A stretch of DNA of 64,000 nucleotides from an uncultured delta proteobacterium (GCA_963792965.1 CAWBYW010000009.1:160001-224000); one strand, 5' to 3'; positions 9,330-19,697 are shown, counted from the first letter of the stretch. The notes: a model not told the origin generated them from the sequence alone. Program-made: numbers and translations.

Positions 9330-10274
9330 TCATCGTGTTTCCGTTACGATGACGGGTGATCCATCGTTCAGGTTTTCCTTGCCGAGGGTGACGACCCGCT
9401 CACCCTCCGCCAGCCCGGTGACGACCTCCATGCGCTTTTGCTCCTGGACGCCCAGCGTAATGGACTTTTTCACCGCCCGGTTGTTAGTGACGGTGAAAAC
9501 GTAGGGACTTTGCTCGCCCTCTTCCGCATAGAGGACCGCGCTATACGGGATTATGATCGCGCCTTCCTTCCGGTCAAGGATGATCGTCACGTCGCCGCTC
9601 ATTCCGCTCAATAGCGCCGAATCGTTGTTTTCAAAAAAGACCTCTACCTCCCCCGCCCGGCTGCCCGGGGCGATGAACGGGGTGACGTGTCGCACGGTTC
9701 CCGAAAACGTCTTTCCCGGAATGGTTGAAACAGACAGGGTCGCCTCCATTAAGGTCCGGATCATCCGGATATCCGGATCCGGGACGGAGAGGACGGCGCG
9801 GATCGTTTTGCCCTCGACGATGAGGCACAGCGGGGTTTCGGGAGTGACATATCCACCCGGCTCCACATAGATTTGCGCGACCCTACCCGGTATCGGCGTG
9901 TAGACGATAAGCGGCATGTACTTGTTCCACTTTTCCTGCCGATCCAGCGTGACGATCCCCGCTCCCTTCACGACCTCGTCGCCCTCCCGGTAGTTGTAGC
10001 GGATTACCCACGCGTTTACCCCGTCGGTATAGAGCGTCGCCTCCCGCTCGGCGTGAAGATCGGCGGGGAAGGTGAGCGTGTCCAGGATTTCACCCTTCGT
10101 GACCGGTGCCACGACCACGGGTATCTTTACGACCTTGGGAGGTGCGGCTTTCCTGAACAGGTTTGACTTGTAGAGCCTGACCGCTATGGAGGCCACCAGG
10201 GCAACCGAGATCACCACTATAATAATGGGAACGAGATGTTTTCGCGCCGTGTCGACTAATTCCTTCTTCTTCAT
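9330..10274 (-). CDS. RND periplasmic adaptor (membrane fusion protein)
   Basis: N-terminal TM, lipoyl-like halves, LLSGM, GLAEGERVV; lies between RND and TolC genes. Confidence 0.88.
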   Translation of the reverse strand: MKKKELVDTARKHLVPIIIVVISVALVASIAVRLYKSNLFRKAAPPKVVKIPVVVAPVTKGEILDTLTFPADLHAEREATLYTDGVNAWVIRYNYREGDEVVKGAGIVTLDRQEKWNKYMPLIVYTPIPGRVAQIYVEPGGYVTPETPLCLIVEGKTIRAVLSVPDPDIRMIRTLMEATLSVSTIPGKTFSGTVRHVTPFIAPGSRAGEVEVFFENNDSALLSGMSGDVTIILDRKEGAIIIPYSAVLYAEEGEQSPYVFTVTNNRAVKKSITLGVQEQKRMEVVTGLAEGERVVTLGKENLNDGSPVIVTETR

Positions 10275-10292
10275 AACGTGGGTCTCACGATG

Positions 10293-11666
10293 CTATTGAG
10301 ACGGGGCACCGACCCCGTCGGGATTCTTCTCTGTTTCCACGGTGCCGCCTTCAGGGCGCTCACCCATCAGGTCTTCCAAACGTGCCAACGCATCGAGGTA
10401 ATTATAAACCGCATTTATGTAGTTGAGGTTGGCCTGCGTCAGCGCGAGACGTGCGTTGATCAGGTCGAGATAGGTGTTGATGCCGTTGTCATATTGGACC
10501 ACCGCGATATCAAGGCCTTCCTTGGCCAGGACGATGTTTTGTTTCTGAGATTCGACCACCTTTTTCGATCGCGTAAAGTCTTTGTACGCCTTCTTCACCT
10601 GGGCCCTTATTCCGTTCTCGGTATCTTTTCGAGAGATTTTGGCCTCTTCCAGAAGCGCCCGAGCCTGTTTCAGGCGGGCGGAAATGCCCACCAGATCGGT
10701 GATAGGCATCGAGGCCGTGATCCCCCCGATAAAGTCCCACTCATCACTATTAAAAGAGACATTCGGTTGGTCGGATGTGAATTCGTACGTCCCGAACAGG
10801 GAAATCGTCGGAAAATATTGTCCGATGACGATTCTTACCTGTTTTCGGGCGATGTCCTCCTGGGTCGAGGCGACCAGGAGGCCCGGATTGTTCACCGACG
10901 CCTTCGCCAGGCAGTCGTCGAGGCTGAAACTGGCGTCCCGGTAGACAAGCTCTCCCTCGATTTCGAGGGGCTGCCCGACATCCACCCCGAGGATCTTCTT
11001 AAGGTTATCGGTGTCGCTCGCCAGGGCGTCCTCGGCATCCAGGAGCGCGGGCTCGGCGTTCGTGAGATCCACCTGGGTGCGCAAGAGCTCATACCATGAC
11101 GCCATGCCCGAGTCATATTTGGTTTTCGTGCTATCGTAGGTTTGGGTGAGGAAGTCCACCTGCTCCTTGCTGACCTTCACCAGTTCGCGGTCAAGGAGTA
11201 TCTGGTCAAATGACGATATGACGCTGTAGACGGTGTCATTGACGGCCTGAAGGTATTGCTCTCGGGCGAGGTCTCGGCCAAGGTATGCCGAGAGGATGCC
11301 GTTGATGACCCTGCCGCCGGAAAAAATGGTGACGGACCCTCCAAACCCCGTCGTGAATCCGGTGCTTCGTCCTATCCCTGTACCCCCGAGTCCCGAGAGA
11401 GACGACAGGCCCGTCGAGCGCTCCCCGGCCTCCGAGGAAATATACTGTGCCGAAAGATCGACGGAGACGATATCCGACCAGGTCTCCCAGACGACCCCGC
11501 TTGCCCGCCTCATTTCCTGCTCGGCGGAAAGGACCGCGGGGGATCGCTTGAGGGAAATGTCGACGCACTCTTCAAGGGTATAGGTAACGGGAGGTGACTC
11601 TTGCCCGAAAAGAGGAAGGGCAAGAAGAGAAGTGAGCAGCAGGGAGACGACGAACTTTTTCATCAA
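10293..11666 (-). CDS. TolC-family outer membrane efflux protein
   Basis: Signal peptide, YDSGMASWYELL and YDNGINTYLDL repeats typical of the OEP family. Confidence 0.88.
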   Translation of the reverse strand: MMKKFVVSLLLTSLLALPLFGQESPPVTYTLEECVDISLKRSPAVLSAEQEMRRASGVVWETWSDIVSVDLSAQYISSEAGERSTGLSSLSGLGGTGIGRSTGFTTGFGGSVTIFSGGRVINGILSAYLGRDLAREQYLQAVNDTVYSVISSFDQILLDRELVKVSKEQVDFLTQTYDSTKTKYDSGMASWYELLRTQVDLTNAEPALLDAEDALASDTDNLKKILGVDVGQPLEIEGELVYRDASFSLDDCLAKASVNNPGLLVASTQEDIARKQVRIVIGQYFPTISLFGTYEFTSDQPNVSFNSDEWDFIGGITASMPITDLVGISARLKQARALLEEAKISRKDTENGIRAQVKKAYKDFTRSKKVVESQKQNIVLAKEGLDIAVVQYDNGINTYLDLINARLALTQANLNYINAVYNYLDALARLEDLMGERPEGGTVETEKNPDGVGAPSQ

Positions 11667-12130
11667 CGAACACTCACGTAGACCGATGAGTCAACTGACA
11701 AAAAAAGACCTGATGCCGTCTCAGGATATCATCGTAAAACTTCTTTTCAGAACGCGCGTGCGGGAAACGTGAGTCCGTTGTCTCCCGCTGTCATCGGGGC
11801 CCCAGCGGCAGTACCCCCGATTCAACTCAGAATATTGTCCATATCTCCGGTGGAAGGGTAAGAAGTGCTCTCTACCAAATGATATAACAAGGATACTCGG
11901 AAAAACATTCTATTAATATTGTCCGATACGAACAAACGATCTGTCAAGCAAAAAAGCCCGCTTCCCCGTGCTTTCTTGGTGCCGCGGGCCCATCCGTGGG
12001 GTGCGGGCCCCGCCGTGCCTGTCCGTAACTCATCCGATGCGCCTTGCGCTCAGTGCCGCATGAAAGAGAGGGGTGGGGAGTTTTTCCCGGGCCTCTCCAC
12101 GTAATGCGGCTTGCAACGAGCACAGACCCC

Positions 12131-12622
12131 TTACCACCCGTTGCGGTGCACCCTTCCTTCGTCGAAACGGCTGACGAAAGGCGGTTGTTTCATATCGGGA
12201 TGTCCGAACGGGACAAACGAAAAGGGCACGACCTGTTCGGGAAGCGCGAGCAGCTTCCGTGTGGCCGGCACATTATCGGCGAATACCGTCGTCCATACTC
12301 CCCCCAATCCCTTTGCGTGGACCGCCAACAGGATATTCTGGGTCGCTGCGGCGCAGTCCTGGGGATAAAAGCCGTCGTATTTCTGCGCCTTCACGTCCCC
12401 GCACACGAGGATTCCCACGGGCGCGCCCCGGGGGGCGTTCCGGTTTATGGCCAGGTACTTCTCGAGGGCCTCGCCGTCGAGCACAATAAAGTGCCACGCC
12501 TGCTCGTTGCCGGCCGAGGGAGCGTTCATCGCCGCCTCGAGGATATCTTTGATATCACTCTCGGGGACGGGGTCCGCCTTCCATGTTCTGACGCTCCTCC
12601 TGGTCTTGATCATTTCAAGCAT
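12131..12622 (-). CDS. Nitroreductase family protein
   Basis: TRRSVR, APSAGNEQAWHF, NILLAVHAKGLGGVW. Confidence 0.92.
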   Translation of the reverse strand: MLEMIKTRRSVRTWKADPVPESDIKDILEAAMNAPSAGNEQAWHFIVLDGEALEKYLAINRNAPRGAPVGILVCGDVKAQKYDGFYPQDCAAATQNILLAVHAKGLGGVWTTVFADNVPATRKLLALPEQVVPFSFVPFGHPDMKQPPFVSRFDEGRVHRNGW

Positions 12623-12640
12623 ACGAACCTCCTTTTCTAT

Positions 12641-12658
12641 TTGTTCGAAACCGTACTA
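12641..12658. promoter_or_regulatory. Putative MarR operator upstream of nitroreductase
   Basis: ttgttcgaaaccgtacta, a variant of the palindrome at 13121-13138. Confidence 0.55.
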
Positions 12659-12673
12659 TTTACCCAAAAGAAA

Positions 12674-13099
12674 TCAGAAGTTTTCCCACATCCGTAAAAG
12701 ATATCCTACCAACAGCTCCTTCTCGTCTTCCGTAAACCCCCGGTAGGCGGTCTCGATCAATCGTTGCGATATCTCCTCGAAGTCCTTCCGGAAACCGTAA
12801 CCCTTTTCGGTAAGGACGACGAAGACCTCGCGCTTGTCCTGTGTGGATCGTTGCTTGTCCACAAACCCTTTTATTACAAGCCTCTCGACAAGCTCCGTCA
12901 CGGTTGATTTCGTCCGTCCGATCTTCCGTGCGATATCGGTCATCGACAGCCTCCCCTCGTTCTGATAGAGCACGGAGAGGACCGAGCCGTGCGAGGGGAC
13001 GAGTCCCGTCAGATTATGCGCCGCCAGCTCCCTTTCGAGGAAGCTTCCGTATTTTTCCCGAAGGCTGCCAATGAGGCCTATTACCGCGTTCTTGTTCAT
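12674..13099 (-). CDS. MarR family regulator
   Basis: KSTVTELVERLVIKGFV...DKREVFVVLTEKG; start MNKNAV after GGAGGTG RBS (ORF extends to 13114). Confidence 0.9.
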   Translation of the reverse strand: MNKNAVIGLIGSLREKYGSFLERELAAHNLTGLVPSHGSVLSVLYQNEGRLSMTDIARKIGRTKSTVTELVERLVIKGFVDKQRSTQDKREVFVVLTEKGYGFRKDFEEISQRLIETAYRGFTEDEKELLVGYLLRMWENF

Positions 13100-13120
13100 A
13101 TGACCCACCTCCATTTAATA

Positions 13121-13145
13121 TAGTACGGCACCGAACTAATGTCAA
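13121..13145 (-). promoter_or_regulatory. sigma70 promoter with MarR operator between -35 and -10
   Basis: Minus strand TTGACA-ttagttcggtgccgtactatatt; imperfect palindrome TAGTACGGCACCGAACTA. Confidence 0.65.
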
Positions 13146-13380
13146 GCGTAATCCTTTCCCCTCGTACGCTTCATCGAGTATTCTCTCCTGGGGGTGTTTG
13201 TCCGGCCCCGGCCAAGCGTCTGCGGGAAGTCTTACCTTCACCGGAGAATTTTTAGTCCGCCTGGAAAATCGGACGAAGCGAAGTTACGGCGATGTCAGGA
13301 AATTATCCCCACGACGACTTACGTGAGGAACAAAGGGATCCAGCGGAGGTTTGGGTCCTGCCGCTCCTGCCGATGATTTA

Positions 13381-13408
13381 AGGGGATTATGAAATACCAT
13401 AATCCCCT
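13381..13408. terminator. Hairpin downstream of CoA ligase, probable terminator
   Basis: aggggattatg-aaatac-cataatcccct perfect 11-bp stem. Confidence 0.55.
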
Positions 13409-13452
13409 CGATTGAAGTCCCACCACCCGGCCGCGGGCACCGGCCCTTTATA

Positions 13453-15099
13453 TCACATCTCCTTCAACTTGTACCGAAGGACTTTCCCCACCTGGTTCTT
13501 CGGCAGCGCGTCGACGAACTCGATGACCCGCGGCACTTTATACGCGGCCATGTTATCCCGACAAAACGCGTCCAGTTCACTCTTTGATATCTTATCCTTA
13601 TAGGCATCCTTGAGAACGACGAATGCCTTGACCGTCTCTCCTCGATAGTCATCCGGCACGCCGACGACGCCGACCTCGCTGACCGCGTCGTGCTTCATCA
13701 TCGTCGCCTCCACCTCGGTAGGGGCGATGTTATAGCCCGAGGCGATAATCAGGTCCTTGATCCGGTCGACAAAGAAGATGAACCCGTCCTCGTTCATGTA
13801 ACCCGCATCCCCGGTATGGAGCCAGCCGTCGGTGAAAGTCTTTGCCGTCTCTTCCGGATTGTTCCAGTACCCCTTTGCCACCTGCGGGCTCCTCACCCAG
13901 ATCTCGCCGGTTACTCCCCGGGGGGTGGTGCTTCCCTTTTCATCCACTATCTTGACCTCACCGGACAGCGGTACCCCAATAGAATCGAGGTCTCTCTTGT
14001 TCGGGAGGTTCACGATCGCCCCGGCGTTGGTCTCGGTCATTCCCCATCCCTTATTCAGCTCCACCCCGGTCGTATCCTGCCAGCGCTTCTGAAGCGGTAT
14101 GGGAACCGGGGCGCCGGCGGAGATAGTGAATTTAAAGGTGGTAAAATCGTATTTCTTGATGTCAGGGTGGTTGAGGAGTCCTACGTAGAGCGTCGGCGGA
14201 GCAACGATCGTATTTGCACGGTATTTCACCCCCATTTTAAGAAACTCCCCCGCGTCGAAAGACGGCACCAGAACAACGGTGCCCCCACGGTAGAGGAGGG
14301 CATGGAGGCAGAGAAAATAGCCGCCGATATGAAACATCGGCAGAATCTGGAGGTTGATGTCGTTGTAGTTCATGTCAAAGAGGTGCGCGTGCACAAAGCA
14401 AGAGTAGATCATATTGTAATGGGTTTCCATGACCCCCTTGGGAAACCCGGTAGTCCCCGCGGTATAGATGATAAGGGCCGGATCCTCCTTCTGGTTCACC
14501 GCTATTTTCGGCGGGTCGGGCCGATATTTTTCGACGAGGACCGAGAAATCGAGGGCGCCGGGGACCTCGTTCTTCGGCCCGGAGAGGATCGGCGGTATCC
14601 AGCCGCCTTCGGCCGAGATGTCCGCGACGTGGACGCTGATGATCTTCTTTATCTTCGTCCGGGTTTTTATCGCCTCGATCACTGGACAGAGGAGATCGAT
14701 GGCGACAACAATTTCAACCCCCGCGTCGTTAAAAATGTATTCAAGCTCATCCTGTTTCAGCATGACGTTACAGGGCACCGATATGGCCCCCGCGCGGATA
14801 ATCCCGTGAAAGGCGGCCACGTTCTGGGCGCAGTTGGGAAGGAGCACGCCGACTCTGTCGCCTTTTGTGACGCCCGCCTCGATCAGGGCGTTGGCAAATC
14901 GCCCGGACAAGTCGTCCATCTCGGCATAGGAGAGATGTTTTCCGAGGGATATGAGGGCGGTCTTCGAGGGATAGCGCCAGACGGTCTGCTTGATGAGGTC
15001 GTAAAAGGAACCGTCAGGGATCGGCGGGATCGGCTCCGCGCCCCAGGCGGGGTCGTGAGTCACGTGGGACGGGTTTCCTTGGTTTACTTTTTTAGCCAT
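13453..15099 (-). CDS. Acyl-CoA synthetase (long-chain-fatty-acid--CoA ligase family)
   Basis: YTAGTTGFPKG, GWGMTET, WLHTGDAG, LPKNQVGKV. Confidence 0.92.
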   Translation of the reverse strand: MAKKVNQGNPSHVTHDPAWGAEPIPPIPDGSFYDLIKQTVWRYPSKTALISLGKHLSYAEMDDLSGRFANALIEAGVTKGDRVGVLLPNCAQNVAAFHGIIRAGAISVPCNVMLKQDELEYIFNDAGVEIVVAIDLLCPVIEAIKTRTKIKKIISVHVADISAEGGWIPPILSGPKNEVPGALDFSVLVEKYRPDPPKIAVNQKEDPALIIYTAGTTGFPKGVMETHYNMIYSCFVHAHLFDMNYNDINLQILPMFHIGGYFLCLHALLYRGGTVVLVPSFDAGEFLKMGVKYRANTIVAPPTLYVGLLNHPDIKKYDFTTFKFTISAGAPVPIPLQKRWQDTTGVELNKGWGMTETNAGAIVNLPNKRDLDSIGVPLSGEVKIVDEKGSTTPRGVTGEIWVRSPQVAKGYWNNPEETAKTFTDGWLHTGDAGYMNEDGFIFFVDRIKDLIIASGYNIAPTEVEATMMKHDAVSEVGVVGVPDDYRGETVKAFVVLKDAYKDKISKSELDAFCRDNMAAYKVPRVIEFVDALPKNQVGKVLRYKLKEM

Positions 15100-15301
15100 G
15101 GGACTACTCCTTCTATATCTATTGACATGATAACGTGATCATCCTTCCGAGTTGAGTTACTGCTCGATGTGCGGTACAGGTAATGAGGGGGTCGGGAGGC
15201 ACGGAAGTAAGTCGTGACCACCTACGTTCACATCGCCACTCTCTTTCACCGCCCCTCCAGCCCAAGAAGAAGGATATAATCGGATAAGAATTATCGGATG
15301 A

Positions 15302-17704
15302 TCACCGGCTAAACGAGAGCTCGGTCCGCTCTATGATCGAGTCCTGGAGCCCCTTTGAGAGATCAACGAAATAGGCGCTGTACCCGGCGACCCTGACGAT
15401 GAGATCCTGATGCTTCCCCGGGTCTTCCTGGGCGGCCAGCAGCGTCTCCTTGTCCACTACGTTGAACTGGATATGGCTGATCCCGAGGTCCCCCCATGTG
15501 CGCAGGTAATTCATGAAGAGCTGCTTCTTATCGTCGGACAACACGGAGGGTGAGAATTTCTGGTTGAGGAGGTGGTTATAGGTCTTGGTGGTGTCGATTT
15601 TGGATGCCGACTTCAATACGGCCGTGGGACCCTTTTTATCCATATTCTGGGTCGGTGAGAGAGTCGCGTCGGCAAACGGCTCCCCGTCCCTCCTCCCGTC
15701 CGGGGTGGCCGGGGTATTGAGGGCGATTCCGTACGTTGCCGAGACGCCGCTTCCGTCCCCCCGACAGGGATTGCCGAACCGATCGGTGAACTCAGACAGG
15801 ACCTCCGAAGTCTTGTGATGAACCAAAACCGCTATCCGGTCGGCGTAGTCGTCGTCGTTGCCGTACTTGGGCGCCCTCAGCATCAGCTGACGGATATGCT
15901 CCTGACCTTCCCAGTTATGGTCCATCGCGCCGATCAGCTCGTCCATGGTTACTTTCTTGTCCTCAAAGACGACCTTCTTAATGGCGGTTATCGAGTCGGC
16001 CACGTTCGTGGGGCCGAGTATTATGCAGATATCATGGACGCTGGAAGGATAGGCCCACTTTCGGCAGTCCTGCCCCCGCTCGATGCAGCCCTCCAGCACC
16101 GCGGAATAGAAGGGGCGGGGCAGGTATTTCTCATAGAGCGTTCTGCAGGTATTCTCGATCGCGTTGAGCCGCCCGAAGAAGAAGCGTACCTGCTCAAGAT
16201 AGGCATCCAGGACGTCTTCCGCCGACCTGAACGTGCGGGCATCGGGAGTGGGGGCGCCCCATTGCTCGCCGGTGGTGGGATTCTTTCCCTGGTGGAGGGC
16301 CCACCAGAGGCACTTGGGCAGCACCATGCCGCCGTATGCCCTCCGGGCGACGTTCTTGCCGGGAATCTCGAGGTAGACGCACCCGGTGACGGCGTAATCC
16401 CGCGCGTCCCGCTCGGGGACGTTCCATTTCGCGAGCGTCGGGATGATCGACGTGTCGTTGAACAGCGAAGGATATCCTATTCCCGTCCGGATCACGTCGA
16501 TGGTCTTGGAGAGGAGCCGATCGGGGGTACCCCTGTGGTATCTGAGGGCGATAGACGGCTCAAGCGTCCGCATTCTTTGCGCGGTTTCAAGGACAAGGTA
16601 CGTCATCTCGTTAGTGATATCTTTCCCATTCTCGTCCACACCGCCCAGCGTGATCGCTTGAAGGGACGCCACCCCCCCGTAAATGGCGGTGAGGAGCGGT
16701 GAATAGACAAGCCCCAGCTCATTGAATTTCACCCAGAGGAGCTCAAGCAGCTCAAGGGCCTTTTCGTGTGTAATCGCACCCTTCTTTAGATCCGCTTCGA
16801 GGTAGGGACCGAAGATCTTGTCGAACCGGATACCGATGCCAAGGGTCGAGTATTCGAGATACCGCATAATGTGAATAAAGAAAAACGATTGCAGCGCTTC
16901 CAAAAGCGAACGCGGCGGATTCTCGGGCACCCACAGGCAGGCCTGCGCCACTTCAAGGAGCCGCCGCTTATCTTCCGGATCGGTCGCTTTCTTGGCACGC
17001 TCGGCGGCAAGCGCCGCGTAGCGGTGCGCGAACGCAATCACCGCCTCCACGGCGATGACCACGGAGGTCAGGAAGTCCTTCTGATCGACATAGTCGGCCG
17101 GTACCGTTCTGTCGATCTCGTCAAGTCGTTCCTGCGCCTGGCGGATCAGGCCCCCCAGCCCGACCCGGAATATCTTCTCATAGTCGGGGATGCCGATCTC
17201 CGACCAATGGGTCCAGAGGAAGGTCCCCTCGTATTTCCAGTACTTGAGGACCTCTCCGGTAAACATCTCTTGCTGGATGTCGCTCATGGACTTTCCCTTC
17301 CAGTATTCGACGAGCTCGGCGAGCTCGGCGCGTCCGGCATCATCGAGGAGCGACTGACCCTCCTGGCCGCTCACCACGCGTTTGACCGATCGCCAGTTCA
17401 TATCAATCCCGAAGTAGAGCCCCTCCGGGGTCGGGACGTTATTGCCGACAATACGCTCCCAATCCTGGATATAGATGTCCATTTTCGAGAGGATCCTCTC
17501 GAGGGCCTTTGCCCTGCGGATGGTCATCGGCTGCCCCTCCGTCTCCCTGTACGATTCGGTCAGGAGGCGCGACCGTTGTATATCCAGCGTAATGCCGGGG
17601 CGATACATCCCCCGGGCCGATTCGTCCTCTTCATAGCCCCGCCGCACATTGCGGACGGCCTTGATGGTAAGCTTGCTTCTCAGGTCACTCGTCGTGGTTT
17701 CCAT
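15302..17704 (-). CDS. Glycyl radical enzyme (PFL-like family), unknown substrate
   Basis: Gly loop LIVRVAGYSAYF, HIQFNVV, Cys loop AVTGCVYLE; start METTT after AGGAG (ORF extends to 17788). Confidence 0.92.
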   Translation of the reverse strand: METTTSDLRSKLTIKAVRNVRRGYEEDESARGMYRPGITLDIQRSRLLTESYRETEGQPMTIRRAKALERILSKMDIYIQDWERIVGNNVPTPEGLYFGIDMNWRSVKRVVSGQEGQSLLDDAGRAELAELVEYWKGKSMSDIQQEMFTGEVLKYWKYEGTFLWTHWSEIGIPDYEKIFRVGLGGLIRQAQERLDEIDRTVPADYVDQKDFLTSVVIAVEAVIAFAHRYAALAAERAKKATDPEDKRRLLEVAQACLWVPENPPRSLLEALQSFFFIHIMRYLEYSTLGIGIRFDKIFGPYLEADLKKGAITHEKALELLELLWVKFNELGLVYSPLLTAIYGGVASLQAITLGGVDENGKDITNEMTYLVLETAQRMRTLEPSIALRYHRGTPDRLLSKTIDVIRTGIGYPSLFNDTSIIPTLAKWNVPERDARDYAVTGCVYLEIPGKNVARRAYGGMVLPKCLWWALHQGKNPTTGEQWGAPTPDARTFRSAEDVLDAYLEQVRFFFGRLNAIENTCRTLYEKYLPRPFYSAVLEGCIERGQDCRKWAYPSSVHDICIILGPTNVADSITAIKKVVFEDKKVTMDELIGAMDHNWEGQEHIRQLMLRAPKYGNDDDYADRIAVLVHHKTSEVLSEFTDRFGNPCRGDGSGVSATYGIALNTPATPDGRRDGEPFADATLSPTQNMDKKGPTAVLKSASKIDTTKTYNHLLNQKFSPSVLSDDKKQLFMNYLRTWGDLGISHIQFNVVDKETLLAAQEDPGKHQDLIVRVAGYSAYFVDLSKGLQDSIIERTELSFSR

Positions 17705-17797
17705 GGGTAGTCTCCTATTCATACAGCAACACGTATCCGACGCGGACTGACGTTTCGGCGTCGCGTGAACAATCGTCGGCGCCGTCATTGCCCGGAT

Positions 17798-18433
17798 TCA
17801 TGTCCAGGCCTTCAATCCCCTCTTAAAGACGGCATACGACTTGTCGAGGCTTGGCTTAAGGTGGTCTTTCCTCGTATCCGTCATATGCTTTGCCTCTTCC
17901 CAGATCACCAGGCCGGTGAACATCGCCCAAAGGGCGTCGGCAAACACGATCGGATCGTCCCTGACAAAGACCCCTTCGTTCATCCCTTCTTCGATGATTG
18001 AGGCAAGCATACGGAGGCCGTTCTTGCCGCTCTCGTTGAGAGATTTCATCATTTTGGGTGAAAGGAGCTGAAAGGACCCCTCCACCTGCGTATGGAGCAG
18101 CCCCCTGAGTCCGACCGGATCGGAGCAAAAGACGGTATGCATGATTTCCCATATCATGTCGAGCTTTTCCTCGGCGCCCTTATCCCGATAGGCAGCGATG
18201 TGTGACGCCGCCTTTTCAAAGGCGGTGATGGTGGAAAGATTCAGTGACGCATACAGGTCTTCCTTATTGGCAAAATGGATATATATCGAGCCGATGGAGA
18301 CCTCCGCTTCCCGTGCAATCTCGTCGATCGTTGCCGCCATGAATCCCTTCGTCAGGAAGACCCGCTTTGCCGCCTCCTGGATCTGCTCGCGCCTGAGCTC
18401 CTTTTCGCGCTCTCTTCGTTCCGGTACTCCCAT
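17798..18433 (-). CDS. TetR/AcrR family regulator (paralogue of 33323-33952)
   Basis: HTH ATIDEIAREAEVSIGSIYIHFANKEDL. Confidence 0.92.
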   Translation of the reverse strand: MGVPERREREKELRREQIQEAAKRVFLTKGFMAATIDEIAREAEVSIGSIYIHFANKEDLYASLNLSTITAFEKAASHIAAYRDKGAEEKLDMIWEIMHTVFCSDPVGLRGLLHTQVEGSFQLLSPKMMKSLNESGKNGLRMLASIIEEGMNEGVFVRDDPIVFADALWAMFTGLVIWEEAKHMTDTRKDHLKPSLDKSYAVFKRGLKAWT

Positions 18434-18444
18434 ATCTTTATTCT

Positions 18445-18493
18445 TGAACCTCGCTCATGATTTGAAATATATTCATTTTATGAATCATACTCA
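18445..18493. promoter_or_regulatory. Three TGAA-N5-(T/C)TCA palindromic boxes at 18-bp spacing, putative TetR operators
   Basis: tgaacctcgctca 18445, tgaaatatattca 18463, tgaatcatactca 18481. Confidence 0.6.
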
Positions 18494-19028
18494 TTTCCAA
18501 GGAACCCGTCAAGGAAAAAATGAGCAGTTTTCAGTCAAACCATATTCTACGGGTCGTGTGGTATAGGATTCCCACACCACACGTATCAGTTTTTGCCGTG
18601 GTTCTCGCTTTAGTCATAGCAGTTAATGGGAAAGTTAACGCTATACCCTTTTCAGCGCACTATTAGTACCGCCACATGCATCTGTCAATATAATAATTTT
18701 CAAATTGACAAGAAAGTTTGTTCATTATATCCTTTTCTTTGAGTATTTCTACAAAGGTTCAAGTCCATGAGATCCTTAAGAATAATAACACTCCTTCTTT
18801 TTCCCACCCTTCTCCTCCTTACCCTTTCCTGCACGCGGGCCGGCAAAGATACCATCAAGGGCGAGGTGACGTCGATCGCCGAGGGCGACGGCGGATCCGT
18901 CGCCCGCCTCATTATCTCCCCATCGCCTTGAAACCACCGCGTCTCTTCTGCTATCATGGGTGTAGAGGAGCACGCGCCCGCATTACGCGGGCTTTTTCCG
19001 GAGCTAAATCGAGACGAGGAGACGCACG

Positions 19029-19514
19029 ATGGAGATAGATAAGGATAAGGTGACGTATCGGAAAGCCGTTCTGGATGACGTGGAGACCCTCGTGCAGTTT
19101 CGTGAGGCCTTCCTCACGGAGACCTTCCCCGAGTCGCTCGACCAGGACCGGGAGGTCTTCAGGCGCTCGGCGGCGGCATACTTCACGAACGCGATTTCAT
19201 CGGGCGGCTTTGTCTCCTACTTCGCGATGTACGATGGGCGCGTCCTCTCCGTGGGCGGCATGTCGACCTACAACCTGCCGCCGATAGACTCCCCCCGGGG
19301 CAGGAAGATCGGATATATCCTCAACATGTATACCGTGCCCGAGGCGCGCCGAAACGGCCTCGGCGCGCACATCTTCGACCTCCTGATTTCCGAGGGCAAG
19401 AAACAGGGCCTTTCCAACATCCACCTGCGCGCGACAAAGGACGGGGAGCCCCTCTACCGCAAGGCCGGTTTTGTCGAGCCACATCTCGTGGAGCTTGAGC
19501 TCAAGCTCACCTAA
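19029..19514 (+). CDS. GNAT family N-acetyltransferase
   Basis: YILNMYTVPEARRNGLG, LYRKAGF. Confidence 0.9.
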   Translation: MEIDKDKVTYRKAVLDDVETLVQFREAFLTETFPESLDQDREVFRRSAAAYFTNAISSGGFVSYFAMYDGRVLSVGGMSTYNLPPIDSPRGRKIGYILNMYTVPEARRNGLGAHIFDLLISEGKKQGLSNIHLRATKDGEPLYRKAGFVEPHLVELELKLT

Positions 19515-19697
19515 GCGGGCAAACCAGCCACCGTATATTTTCATGGACAAATGGTCTCGATATATGGTTAAATATCGGCGTGGTCTTTACCGTACATCAC
19601 CCGATCGGCGACGCGACACTCGTATCTCCGTCCCCATCCCGACCCGGGACCCCTTCTCGCACCTGACCGGGGTCGCTCTCGCCCGCAGGAAAGGGCC

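Noticed and set aside
13690-15138. Long antisense ORFs (also 8355-9359, 23331-24575, 31884-33383, 38908-40326, 47689-49092)
   Set aside because: Shadow frames opposite well-supported genes in GC-rich DNA, with no recognisable motifs.
18500-19028. Possible gene remnant (...KDTIKGEVTSIAEGDGGSVARLIISPSP*) or sRNA behind TTGACA at about 18705
   Set aside because: No start/RBS or recognisable family; too weak to call.
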